From Octopus sinensis (Eukaryota): a DNA stretch of 64,000 nucleotides. The notes under the pieces were generated by a model, which was not told the DNA's origin, made no database searches, and saw only the letters and a list, made by a program, of their open reading frames with translations. The stretch is from assembly GCF_006345805.1 (NCBI RefSeq), contig NC_043005.1, forward strand, positions 105,772,001-105,836,000, written 5' to 3'. This document shows positions 12,134 through 24,388 of the stretch, piece by piece (the stretch's first letter is position 1; every line of letters begins with the position of its first letter). The translations under genes were made by a program, and so were the position numbers.

Positions 12134-12135
<2 letters not shown>
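11440..12135 (+). mobile_element. terminally redundant non-coding element (561-bp unit + 135-bp repeat), retrozyme-like
   Basis: 11440-11575 equals 12001-12135 except one T in a homopolymer; internal HHR; TA-rich flanks. Confidence 0.75.
11894..11945 (+). ncRNA. type-I hammerhead ribozyme motif
   Basis: Stem I TGAG/CTCA; CTGATGA 11898-11904; stem II aga/tct and gtcg/tgac; GAAA 11930-11933; stem III AC-GTAT-GT; GUU triplet. Confidence 0.7.
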
Positions 12136-12169
<34 letters not shown>

Positions 12170-12170
<1 letters not shown>

Positions 12171-12330
12171 ATGGGCTTCTTTCAGTTTCCAGATCTACTC
12201 ACAAGGCTTTGGTTGGCCTGAGGCTATAGTAGATGACATTTGCCCAAGGTGCCACACAGTGGGACTGAACCGAGAAACATGTGGTTGGGAAGTAAGCTTC
12301 TTACCACACAGCAATGTCTGCACCTATGTA
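12170..12330 (-). mobile_element. SINE family A, 5' portion
   Basis: gggcttctttcagtttcc...acttgcccaaggtgcc-like core and cttaccacacagc head. Confidence 0.8.
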
Positions 12331-13506
12331 TATGTACAGACACACACACACTTACCACATGCCCCCACATGCCACATGTGCTCCCCCATGTCACACTCCT
12401 CCCCATACCACTTGCTTCTCCCATGCCACATGTCCTACCTATATGCATACATACGTTAATATGAAATCCTGGAATTACTTGTTCAGAGTTATATAGTTGA
12501 GTCAATTAGAATGAAGAGCTCGAATTGTGAGATCTGAATTTCAATCATTTATTAAAGCGTAGTTATATGTGTAAGTGTGTGTACGCATGAGTGTGTGTGT
12601 GTGTGTGTATTTGTGTGTGTATGTGTGTGTGTGGGGTGGGGGTGGGGTGTGTGTAATTTAGCTTTTAATTCATTGTATTTCGAAAGAACAAAAGCAGGTC
12701 TGGAAGAACAATGAAAATATAATTGTGTACGTGTGCACCATGTGTGATGTGTATGAGTGAGTGCTTGAGAGACAGAGGGAGAGAGACAGAGGGAGAGAGA
12801 CAGAGGGAGAGAGACAGAGAGAGAGAGAGACAGAGAGAGAGAGACAGAGGGAGAGAGACAGAGAGAGAGATAGGGAGACAGACAGAGACAGTTGCATGAG
12901 TTTTGTAATTATAATGAAGTAAGAACTTAAAATACAGAGATAAACATTTCCTTGCTTTAGTCTGAATTGAAGATATTTACTGTAATTGTCTGACGAACCA
13001 ATTGTAAATAACATTATATTCATTTATGCAAATACTGACATAAAATCATATACATTTATGCAGATTTAAGTGTTTTGAAATAGAAACAGGTTTTCTCCAT
13101 AATGTTTAACCTACTTATACAAGTAAGAAATGGCTATAATAACCTTATTTTCTTGAGAGCAGATCCTTAACTAATCCTGCCCCAAATAACTGCTTGTGTT
13201 GTTGTTGATGTTGTTGCTATTGCATAGGCCTTGCCACCTTGGTTAGCTCTGAACAAATAGATCTAGGATTAAAATGGATCTAGTTATGGTGACACTATAT
13301 TGCTATTTAGCCCTAGGTCAGTCCGAGACATTCTAACCATGACCATTCCAGATTGTTATTTTTATCCCAGGTTAGTCTTGATCCAAAGATCCTTCAATCA
13401 AGGATCCTTATATTCAGGCACAGTGCATCAAAGATTACATTATCCAGCATGTCTCCGGTTTTGAAAGATAAAAGAGGGTGACATTTTAAAGAAATTTAAC
13501 TGCTAT

Positions 13507-13720
13507 TTAACTCTTTAACATTAAGATTACTCTATCCAAAGTAACACTTATTTAATAATATTGTTTTGAATTAATCATGCATTATCTTGTAGTTTTGAAA
13601 TTTCAATGATACAATTGCCTATCTTTAGAATGGCATTGTAAGAAAAGTGTGAGAGGTTGAATCTGGCCAATTCAAACATAAAACAGGTAACATAAAACAG
13701 TTTAAATGCTAAAGAGTTAA
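13507..13720 (+). mobile_element. TTAA-flanked MITE (piggyBac-like ends)
   Basis: ttaa ctctttaacatt ... aatgctaaagag ttaa; same family at 13816-14045 and 32959-33185. Confidence 0.7.
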
Positions 13721-13815
13721 ATCCCTTTTAATTGTAGATTAACCCAATGTCATGACCCTCCTGTCATTTTTATCGAAAATATATCTATGACTGCAATATA
13801 CAAAATGTCCTTTTT

Positions 13816-14045
13816 TTAATCTTTTAGCATTTAGATTATTCTGTCGAATGTAATGCTTATTCATTCACATTGTTTAGAATTAACCATGAATTATCTTTTT
13901 GGGTTGAGATTTCGATGATGTGCTTCTTTATTTCTAGTATGGCATTGTAGGGTAAGTGTGAGGGGCTGAATATGGCCAGTCTATACATAAAACAGGTATA
14001 ACATTTGGGCCGAATATGGCTGGTTTAAAATGCAAAAAGGGTTAA
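13816..14045 (+). mobile_element. TTAA-flanked MITE, second copy
   Basis: ttaa tcttttagcatt ... aatgcaaaaaggg ttaa; body similar to 13507-13720. Confidence 0.7.
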
Positions 14046-14364
14046 GACAGTTGGATTCAATTTGGGGGACTTATGGCTGCTTGAACAACCGTGTAGAGGC
14101 TTGCTGTTGGCTCTCTCCGATAGTAGCTGCTTTCTTTTTTCATCAGCTGTTCTTGAAGGATAAAAGGCAAAGGTATTAAATCATTCGTTGTTTGGCAGGT
14201 AATTAAATATATTTTAATTTTGGATTTGGTTTGCAAGATTCTTTATATGGGTTCGTGTGTTGAAGCATATTCTGTTGTGTCTGGAGAGAGTTATTTTCTT
14301 TTTGTGCCTTATAATGTAACACACTCTCCGGTAAAATTTCCACTTATTTCTTATTTTTATTTTC

Positions 14365-14439
14365 CTAAAATTTTCGTTGCGCCTTGCAACCTTTTCAATA
14401 GACTATTGAAAAGGTTACAAGATGCAACAAAAATTTTAG
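14365..14439. repeat. 75-bp imperfect palindrome (37-bp arms, 1-nt loop)
   Basis: Arms 14365-14401 and 14403-14439 with 4 mismatches. Confidence 0.9.
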
Positions 14440-15173
14440 TTAAATTTACCTGTCTCAAAAAAGAAGTATGAAATATACTACCAGGCAGATTCTGGTTTTC
14501 TGGACTTCTGAGACTTTTGCACAGCTTAGGTGTATCAAGTTCCACACATGGAATATTTGTTATCCTAAGGTTACTGTAGACAGCTAAAAGTGTTGCATAG
14601 AGCGAGATGAAGCCTGCTTAGAATGAATAACAACAAGACACAGAACAAAGACTAAGAGAAGACAATACAACACGCCTGACCACCTGTTCTGCTCTATTTA
14701 AGCTCTAGCTAAGCCATTAAGTCTCCCTTTTCTCAATTATAACAACAAAGAAAGGTAAAAAAAAATCATATAAATAAATAAATAAATAAATAAACAGACA
14801 CTAGTATCAAGGTAAGAAAACCTTATTAAATGTAAACACTTCATCAGATGTAGAAATTGAAACCGCACTTGAAGATATCTGTATAAGTCATCACTTTGAC
14901 CCTGTATATTATTAATAATTACTGATGCTTCAAAAATTTACAGGAAGAAAACAAAGCTGAAAGCTTCTACGAACTCTTAAGGTTTCTTTACGCTTCAGCA
15001 ACATCATTGCATGCAAGCAATTATAACATCTGATGGTGGTAGGTGTAGTTGTTGCAGAATTATTGATATTTGAATAATTTATACGCACACACACAACACA
15101 CATACGCACTCATATACATGTGCGTGTGTATCTCCCTCTCTTTCTTTCTTATATATATATATATATATATGCA

Positions 15174-15209
<36 letters not shown>

Positions 15210-15242
15210 GCAATATATGTATATATATGTATATATAATATG

Positions 15243-15277
<35 letters not shown>

Positions 15278-15300
15278 GTATATATATATATGTATGTATG

Positions 15301-15332
<32 letters not shown>

Positions 15333-15336
15333 TATA

Positions 15337-15679
15337 AAATTATAATGAGGGTGAAAAATCGATATTAATTTAATAATACCATTAATTTAACACCAAGTGG
15401 CTTAGCACAAAAAACTACGGAGAAAATACAAATTTATACATAAATTATTAGAGAGTTATCCACTATGTGGATAACTCTAGTGCTAAAAATAGCTCCGAAG
15501 CAACCACAGAAGATCTGTTTCCAACTAGAATCAACATACATTTAACGGAAGGAAGTGAAATACTTCACTTTCTTCCGTTAAATGTATGTTGATTCTAGTT
15601 GGAAACAGATCTTCTGTGGTTGCTTCGAGCTATTTTTAGCACTAGAGTTATCCACATAGTGGATAACTCTCTAATAATT

Positions 15680-15685
<6 letters not shown>
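15337..15685. mobile_element. fold-back copy of the tail of the 35.6-36.6 kb HHR element family
   Basis: About 125-bp arms 15437-15559 / 15564-15685, 4-nt spacer; sequence matches 36340-36565. Confidence 0.85.
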
Positions 15686-15740
<55 letters not shown>

Positions 15741-16371
15741 GTATGCATGTATATGTATTTTTGTAATGTGTGCATATGCGTGTGCATGTGTGTGCATGTG
15801 TGTGTGTGTGTGTATGCATGCATGTATGTATGCATGTATGTATGTATATGTGTATATATGTATGCATGTATATATGTATGTATGTATGTATGTGTGTATG
15901 AATGTATGTATGTGTGTATGCATATATATGTGTGTGTGTGCATGTGTGTATGTATATATGTGTGTACATAGTACATATGTATGTATGCAAGCATTGCTTG
16001 ATCACCAAACAAGTAAACTGAAACACTCACCTATTCCCCATCTCTAGCTGTTTGTCACACCCCTTTCAGGGTCTCATGAACTTACCCACTCACCCTTCCA
16101 AGTCCCCTTCCCTCATTCTCTCTTGCATTCACTTATTTGTTACCTTGAAGTTACACTCTGACACCTCATCACCACCATCTTTTCTATCTTTCCACCTGGG
16201 GTAGCCATATGTATGTTTCCTCTACAGCAAAACACCTGCTCTTTTCACTCCGCCGTACTCCAGTTGGCCCCACGATCTGACTCAATGCCACCCACTCAAA
16301 GCTCTTCCTCATTCTAGGGTTTTTTCTTGTCTTGCTACTTACTAGTGTTAGTTCCACAAAAAATGTACCTA

Positions 16372-16772
16372 GGCACAGGAATGGCTGTGTGGTAAGTAGC
16401 TTGCTAACCAACCACATGGTTGCGGGTTCAGTCCCACTGCGTGGCATCTTGGGCAAGTGTCTTCTGCTATAGCCCCGGACTGACCAATGCCTTGTGAGTG
16501 GATTTGGTAGACGGAAACTGAAAGAAGCCTGTCGTATATATGTATATATATATATATGTGTGTGTGTGTTTGTGTGTCTGTGTTTGTCCCCCTAGCATTG
16601 TTTGACAACCGATGCTGGTGTGTTTACGTCCCCGTCACTTAGCGGTTCGGCAAAAGAGACCGATAGAATAAGTACTGGGCTTACAAAGAATAAGTCCTGG
16701 GGTCGATTTGATCGACTAAAGGTGGTGCTCCAGCATGGCCGCAGTCAAATGACTGAAACAAGTAAAAGAGAG
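16372..16772 (+). mobile_element. SINE family A, full length (internal TA/TG tract)
   Basis: gcacaggaatggctgtgtggtaag...gggttcagtccc...gcagtcaaatgactgaaacaagtaaaagag. Confidence 0.9.
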
Positions 16773-16861
16773 AAAAAAGAAAGAAAGAGAGTATACACAC
16801 ACACAAACACACATGTGCCAATGGTGAATTCTTTTCCATCTTTGGACTTTTCTCTTTCTCC

Positions 16862-16894
16862 TTTCCGATGAAGAGCTATGCTTGAAATGTCAAA
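16862..16894 (+). ncRNA. decayed minimal hammerhead motif with C at position 4
   Basis: ttt CCGATGA A GAGC-TAT-GCTT GAAA T GTC aaa. Confidence 0.5.
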
Positions 16895-17214
16895 CTCTCT
16901 CCTTTCACTGAGCATCAAGCTAATACATTTCTTGTGCACATCCTGAGAAATAAGTACCATGAGATTGAAAAGTTGCTGGCCATTCTCCATGGCAATGCCA
17001 TCACAGTCGTGATTGCAGGGCATGGCTGAGTACACTATTTCTTCTGGGGTGTGTGGCCCATTGTCCCCACCTCTTTCTTCTACTGCTTGACCCCACCTTT
17101 CTTCTTTCCTCTTTTACTCTTATTATTTTCTTTTTCTGTTCCCTTATTTCCTTGCATTTAAATGTTAGAGTTTAAAATATGATCAGTTGGTTTAAAACAA
17201 AAAAAAATTCACAC

Positions 17215-17628
17215 TCTCACTCTTTTACTCTTTTACTTGTTTCAGTCATTTGACTGCGGCCATGCTGGAGCGCTGCTTTTAATTGAGCAACTCAACCCCG
17301 GGACTTATTCTTTGTAAGCCCAGTACTTATTCTATCGGTCTCTTTTGCCGAACCGCTAAGTGACAGGGACATAAACACAACAGCATCGGTTGTCAAGCAA
17401 TGCTAGGGGGACAAACACAGACACACAAACACACACATGCACATATATATATATATATACATATATATGACGGGCTTCTTTCAGTTTCTGTCTACCAAAT
17501 CCACTCACAAGGCTTTGGTCGGCCCGAGGCTATAGTAGAAGACACTTGCCCAAGGTGCCATGCAGTGGGACTGAACCCGGAACCATGTGGTTGGTAAGCA
17601 AGCTACTTACCACACAGCCACTCCTGCG
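17215..17628 (-). mobile_element. SINE family A, full length
   Basis: Reverse-complement homolog of 16372-16772. Confidence 0.9.
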
Positions 17629-18321
17629 TCATATGTAAAAAAAATTTAAATATTAAACATTTTAGTTCAGGTGTTGACTACAGGTAACCATTTGTACTGA
17701 TGAGAGCATGAATGTTTGATACTGTGATGCAGAGGGTCCACAGTATATCTCTCTTAAAATTTGAATTCAATATGTTTCTGAGTTTGCTACATTATTATTT
17801 AATCTGCTTAATGTCCAGTCTTATAGCAAACAGTTCCACAACTAAACTGCTCACCACCCTACCCCTTCTTCCCTTGTCTCTCTCTTCCTCTCTCCCCTAT
17901 CCCTTCTTCTCTTCTCTTTCTCTTTCTCTCTCCTCTCTCTCTCTCTCTCTCTCTATCATTAAACTGAGCACTTGCAGCTCATGAATTAAGTTTTATTTGA
18001 ACAGCTGTAGGTCTTCAGAGATGAAACTCTGCATTGCAAACTGAAAAATGACAATCAATAAACACATCACTACCAAGGTGATCGGCTGCTGTTGCTGTTG
18101 AATCTGTTTGGCCCCGTGTTAATGAAACTTCCGATCAAAGGTATTCTAACTGCAGACATTTCGTCTTTTTGAAATGTCCAGGACAACTTTATCTTATGCT
18201 TCCCTTTTTGAGTCGATGTGATGTTATTTGAGTGAGATTTGGCTGTCTATCTAGCAGATTAAGCAATCACACAGAGGCTCTAGTGATGGTTTGTAGTCTT
18301 TATTGATAGTGATGATACACA

Positions 18322-18362
<41 letters not shown>

Positions 18363-18864
18363 CCACACACACATGCATGTATAAAACAGACAGCAATAAT
18401 GGGCTGTATAGATTTATTTATTATAGGCTTACAACTGTTTCAGAAATGCATTTTTCGTGCATTCATGGTTCAATTTTATTAATCAATCGATTGATCAACT
18501 GGAAATCTAGGGAACCAACCTTACAATAATATCTGCCACAGTGCCAAAACAGTGTAGAGAGCTTAAGAAGTATTTCTCTCGGATTAATATCCCCTATTAA
18601 CCCATCTTTGTTATATATGTATATATACATCATAGACTCTCCCATCATTGGACGATGTATGAGGGTTCAGCAAAAAATTGTCAAACAACCATGCAGAGTA
18701 TTGCTTTATAGTGATCAAATATTTACAAAGAGGATGGTATTGTGCTAAGTCAAAAGTTTTGCAATATTTTGGTAACTTATCTGTTTTAGTCACCAAGTTA
18801 CAACAAAACAGCCTGACATTCAAAGTAGAGGCCATTGTGCTGCACTTTCTGAAGCCACTATTCT

Positions 18865-19095
18865 TATTTCTTTATTGCCCACAGGGAGCTAAACATAGAG
18901 GGGACAAACAAGGACAGACAAAGAGATTAACTTGATTACATCGATCCCAGTACACAACTGGTACTTAATTTATCGCCCCTGAAAGGATGAAAGGCAAAGT
19001 CAACCTCAGCGGAATTTGATCTCAGAACGCAATGGCAGACGAAATACTGATAAGCATTTCGCCCGGCCTGCTAACATTTCTGCCAGCTCACCGCC
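18865..19095 (-). mobile_element. SINE family B with 17-bp TSD
   Basis: TSD tctgaagccac(t/c)attct at 18848-18864 and 19096-19112. Confidence 0.9.
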
Positions 19096-19257
19096 TCTGA
19101 AGCCACCATTCTGCCAGTTCTTTAATCTCATGCTGATACCAGTTCTTGTCCTCTAAGGCAAAGAACTCCTTCACTGAAGTTTCTACTTTCGCTTGGTAGA
19201 TGAAACATCATAAGTGCAGAATATGAACCATGGCTGGGAACAAGTAAGAATTTGAGG

Positions 19258-19497
19258 GCAGTGAGCTGGCAGAATCATTAGCATGCTGGGCGAAATGCTT
19301 AGTATTATTTTGTCTTCTGTTATGTTCTGAGTTCAAATTTTGCCAAGGTCAACTTTGCCTTTCATCATTTCAGGGTCGATTGAATAAGTACCAGTTACAC
19401 ACTGGGTTTGATGTAATCGACTTAATCCCTTTCTCTGTCCTTATTTGTCTCCTCTATGTTTAGCCCCTTGTGGGCAATAGAGAAATAAATAATAATT
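19258..19497 (+). mobile_element. SINE family B
   Basis: gagctggcagaatcattagc...gttcaaatttt...gggcaatagagaaata. Confidence 0.85.
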
Positions 19498-19574
19498 TGA
19501 GGGAGATATTTTTCTGCAATTCTAATGTACATGATGGGGTTAAACAAGGGTTAGCTTCTGGAACCTGTCACCAA

Positions 19575-20050
19575 ACAGGGAAATTTCAGACACAAGATGA
19601 TGCTCTGTGTCTGGTGGAATTATGAGTTCATTTCTGGTGGTCAAACCATCAATGCTAACCTGCACTCTGAACAACTGGAGTTGATGTATAATACTGAGTG
19701 GCAAAAATATCCAAAATATCATTCGTCATGATAAATTGGTAGCCACTACACACATTTTTTTTTCTCTCCTTGTTCCTTTCTGTGGATGAGTGTAGGCTCA
19801 AAATGTTAAAGACTTTTTCAATTCCAGAGCATTATACTAATACATCTGTTTCTTTTCTATACCACCTGTCTTCGTCTTTTGTTTTTTTCATGGATTCTCC
19901 CCACAAAATATCCAACATTGGATATTTTGGGGAAGAATTCAAGCAGGCTCTTGTGCAGCAAGACAATGCAAAACCTCACAGCACTTGAATGACCTGGAAT
20001 AAACACCATGGACTTGAGGGAATCAACCTAGCTGCCACTGATTATTACTT
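19575..20050 (+). mobile_element. decayed mariner transposase fragment interrupted by a PLE-type tail (19755-19905)
   Basis: KMMLCVWWNY...GQTINANL.SEQL and LVQQDNAKPHS motifs. Confidence 0.7.
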
Positions 20051-20720
20051 GTTGCGATTAGGGGTAGCAGTAGTGTCGATAGGGGTATTGATAGAGGTGA
20101 TGGAGGGTGGTGTCAATGATGGACATAATGACAATGTTCATAGAGAATATTGTGTTGGGGTTGGTGATGGTGCTTAAGTTGTGATAAAGTGGTAGTTATG
20201 ATTGTAGTATGGTAGTGGTAGCAGTGGTGGGGTAGTAGAACGGAATTGGTAGTAGTGTGGTGGCTGGGATAGTAGTTGTGGAAGTGGTAGTCTTTGTGTT
20301 TATGATTGTGGTGAGGATGATGGTCGATGTGGTAGTAGAGTGGTAGTTTTATTTGTAGTAGTGTTGACAGTAGGTGTATGGTGGTGGTAGCATGGCGGTG
20401 GTGATATTAGTAATAGTAGCAGTGATGGCAGTGGTGATGGTAGAGAGATAGGTTTGATTGTGTTAAGGTAGCACTGGTGGTGGTGGTGTTGTGGTTGTTG
20501 TTGCTGTTGTTGTTGTTGTTGGTGATGTTGGAGGTGGTGTTGGTGTTGGTGGTGGTGGTGGTGGTGGTGGTGTTGTTGAGGTTGTTGTGGTTGTTGTTGT
20601 TGTTGCTGGTAGTGGTGGTGGTGGTGGTGGCAGTGGTGGTGGTGATGATATTGGTAAGTGGTGTAGGTATTGATGTTGGTGTTGGTGTTGGTGTTGGTGG
20701 TGGAGGTGGTGGTGTTGATG
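20050..20720. repeat. degenerate GGT/TGT/GTA trinucleotide low-complexity tract
   Basis: Direct reading. Confidence 0.85.
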
Positions 20721-20932
20721 TAGAGGTGATCTTGATTGTAAAGTGGGGAAGGGAAGGGTGTGTGTGTGTGAAATAAACTAATTAACGAAGGAGGAAAAGA
20801 GAAATTATAAAGGAAGGTAGAATAGGTGAAGAAGGTGAGGTAACGAGTGGAGAAAGAAAGTAAAACTGAAAAAATAGAAATTGTATTAAAAGGAAGGACA
20901 AAAACAAAAAATAATATAGAAAACAAAAGAGG

Positions 20933-20983
<51 letters not shown>

Positions 20984-21115
20984 AAAGTAAATTTGTAAAG
21001 TAACTCTACCTACGAAATTCTTTCTTCATCTCTCTCTCTCTTTCTTTCCTCCTTTTCTCTCCTTTCTCTCTTTCTCTTTTCTGGGTATGTGTGTGTATGT
21101 ACACACACACACACA

Positions 21116-21186
<71 letters not shown>

Positions 21187-21350
21187 GATATTGTGTGTGT
21201 GTGGTGTATATAATATATTATATATGTATATATATATTATATATGTATTTATATGTATGTATATATTTATACACACACATGTATATATATGTGTGTATAT
21301 ATATATATATATTTATAAAGAGTCTGAGAGAGAGGTAGACAAACAGACAG

Positions 21351-21385
<35 letters not shown>

Positions 21386-21618
21386 CGTATGTATGCATGT
21401 ATTTATGTATGTATGTATGTATGCATGTATGTAGTTCTCTTTGCAACTCACTGCCATTCCATCTTTCTCGATCACACTATTCCCTCCCCCCGTCTTTCCC
21501 TGCACCCCTTTCCCTGCATGATTGTTTTTTTTATTATGTGTGTGTGTCAGTGAGTGTGTGTATGGGTGTGTGCGTGTGTATATATTATTTATAGATATAT
21601 ATATATTATATGTATATC

Positions 21619-21649
<31 letters not shown>

Positions 21650-22144
21650 GTACATATGTATATACATATATGTATATATGTATATATAAATTTATATATA
21701 TGTGTATATATATACATATGTATATATTATATGTGTGTGTATGTATGTGTGTCTATGTATATAAAGGACCCACACTCCTAGTTGAGAACCCATCTACTAA
21801 GTAGACTGACCTATTGTTTTAAAACATACCAAACAGCACTACTTCATCAATTATTTACATAGAATTTGCTTTTGTCTTTCCTTTTCATAATAAACACACA
21901 CTTACATACAGATGTAGATGAACTCATGAGCTTGTACACGCACAGTATTTTCATGATGTGTTTATATATTTATATAAATCTATACATATTCAGATTTATG
22001 TATAATGTGAATAGTGTGTATATTTATAAATTTTCAGGATGTACATAAATAAATAGGCAGAGTACAGTATGTATGTGGATGTATGTAGACACAAGGTTAT
22101 AGTTGAAGTGTTTGTGTGCTTACATATATATATATATATAGACC

Positions 22145-22345
22145 CCCCTGGCACCTGTGCAGGTGGCACGTAAAAAGCACCCACTACATTCGCGGAGTGG
22201 TTGGCATTAGGAAGGGCATCCAGCTGTAGAAACTCTGCCAGATCAGACTGGAGCCTGGTGCAGCCCCTGGCTTCCCAGACCCCGGTTGAACCGTCCAACC
22301 CATGCTAGCACAGAAAATGGACGTTAAACGATGATGATGAGGATG
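22145..22345 (+). mobile_element. short RTE 3'-end copy
   Basis: ggcacgtaaaaagcacccactac...ggacgttaaacgatgatgatg. Confidence 0.9.
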
Positions 22346-22391
22346 ATATGTGTGTGTGTGTATGTGTGTGTGTCAGTTGTATGAATATATA

Positions 22392-22436
<45 letters not shown>

Positions 22437-22445
22437 TATATATGT

Positions 22446-22510
<65 letters not shown>

Positions 22511-22639
22511 TATATAGATGTCAACATCTATTCATCCTTCCAAAATAAATACAGATCTAGTATTTAATAGATTATGCTACCTTGTAGAAATTTGAAGGAT
22601 AAGGGCCAGGAAAACTTAGAATAACGTTCACTCACCAAG

Positions 22640-23170
22640 TCCTTTGTGAGCTGCTCTCCGGCTATCTATCTGTGGCTTTATATAGCTATGGTACGACCCC
22701 ACCTGGAATTTGCCTCACCAGTCTGGAACCCCTATCCTGCCCAGGATATTAATCATCTGGAAGCTGTTCAGCGACGTGCCACCAAGAGAATACCCTCCAT
22801 CAGGCATTTGCCATATTCTGAACGCCTTACTTCCCTGGGCATGGAACACATTGAAACTCCGACGTCTGGCAGCTGACTTGGCAGACACTCATAAAATTAT
22901 TAACCATCTTACAAACAATATATCTGAGCACCTTATCAAACTCCACCTGTCTAACACCCATGGACATGTTCCTTCAAAACTTCCATGCTTCCTGAGATTC
23001 GCCAACACTACACCTGATTTTATCTCCTCCATACACACACAAGCATGTATCTGACTCATACACTGTTCACTTCCCAGATATTTGTACATTACTGCATATA
23101 CTTTATACGCACTTTTGACAAGTTGTGGTGCACCTGAGCACTATATACAATAATTTCATTATTTTTTATT
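22640..23170 (+). mobile_element. CR1-like LINE 3' fragment
   Basis: LYIAMVRPHLEFASPVWNPY...LEAVQRRATKRIP...YSERL..L, then TLKLRRLAADL; (ATT)-like tail. Confidence 0.85.
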
Positions 23171-23664
23171 ATACTGACATGTTGCCTAAGACTGGGTCTT
23201 TGAAAAAGAATGTACATGATACATAGGCTGAAAATCTGTTCTCAGGTCTTCTATATCTTCTGTTTATTCATTCCAGGTATTCCTGTGTCTGTTAATCTAT
23301 TCCTAGGGAAGTTTCGTTGTTTGGTAATCCATTTCCAGAAAAGTCACATTGATGATCTGTTCCCAGCTCTGCTATATTGTATGCTAATCCATTCTCCCAT
23401 TTGTTACATTCTGTGTTGATACATTGCCAAGTTTACATTCTACTGCAGCTCGGTTGTCATAAGAGGACTAGAAATCTATTTTCTTTTGTCTTTAAAGCCA
23501 GAAACTGAAAGACATCTGAAAACCATTTGACAATGCAGTCAAACAGATATATATATATTTATACATACATACACATGCATATATATATATTATATATATA
23601 TATATATATATACACACACATAAAAAAGCCATATATATATATATACACATATATATATATATAT

Positions 23665-24388
23665 GTGGCTGTGTGGTAAGTAGCTTGTTTCGAATTGAAC
23701 CAGCCAGGATCCCTGGTCTGGTGGAACGTAAAAAGCACTATCCGACTCGTGGCCGATGCCAGCGCCGCCTCGACTGGCTTCCGTGCCGGTGGCACATAAA
23801 ATACACCAATCCGACCGTGGCCGTTGCCAGCCTCGCCTGGCACCTGTGCAGGTGGCACGTAAAAAGTACGCACTACACTCACGGAGTGGTTGGCGTTAGG
23901 AAGGGCATCCAGCTGTAGAAACATTGCCAGATAAGACTGGAGCCTGGTGCAGCCTTCTGGCTTCCCAGATCCCCGGTCGAACCGTCCAACCCATGCTAGC
24001 ATGGAGAACGGACGTTAAACGATGATGATGATGATGATGATGGTTCCAGGTTCAGTCCCACTGCGTGGTACCTTGGGCAAGTATCTTCTACTATAGCCTC
24101 TGGCCGAGCAAAGCCTTGTGAGTGGATTTGGCAGACGGAAACTGAAAGAAGCCCGTCGTATATATATATATATGCATGTGTGTGTTTGTCCCCCTAGCAA
24201 TGCTTGACAACCGATGCTGGTGTGTTTGTGTTCCCCGTTACTTAGCGGTTGGGCAAAAGAGACCGATAGAATAAGTACTGGGCTTACAAAAGAATAAGTC
24301 CCGGGGTCGAGTTGCTCGATCAAAGGCGGTGCTCCAGCATGGCCTCAGTCAAATGACTGAAACAAGTAAAAGAGTAAAAGAGTATATA
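23665..24388 (+). mobile_element. SINE family A split by an RTE 3'-end insertion (23691-24040)
   Basis: Head gtggctgtgtggtaagtagcttgttt stops at 23690 and resumes as tggttccaggttcagtccc at 24041. Confidence 0.85.

Noticed and set aside
14220-14545. Similar peptides on both strands, resembling a LINE C-terminus
   Set aside because: The similarity is produced by the 75-bp palindrome.
17690-17740. CTGATGA-GAGC...GTTT-GATA as a hammerhead
   Set aside because: GAAA box broken and stems I/III unconvincing.
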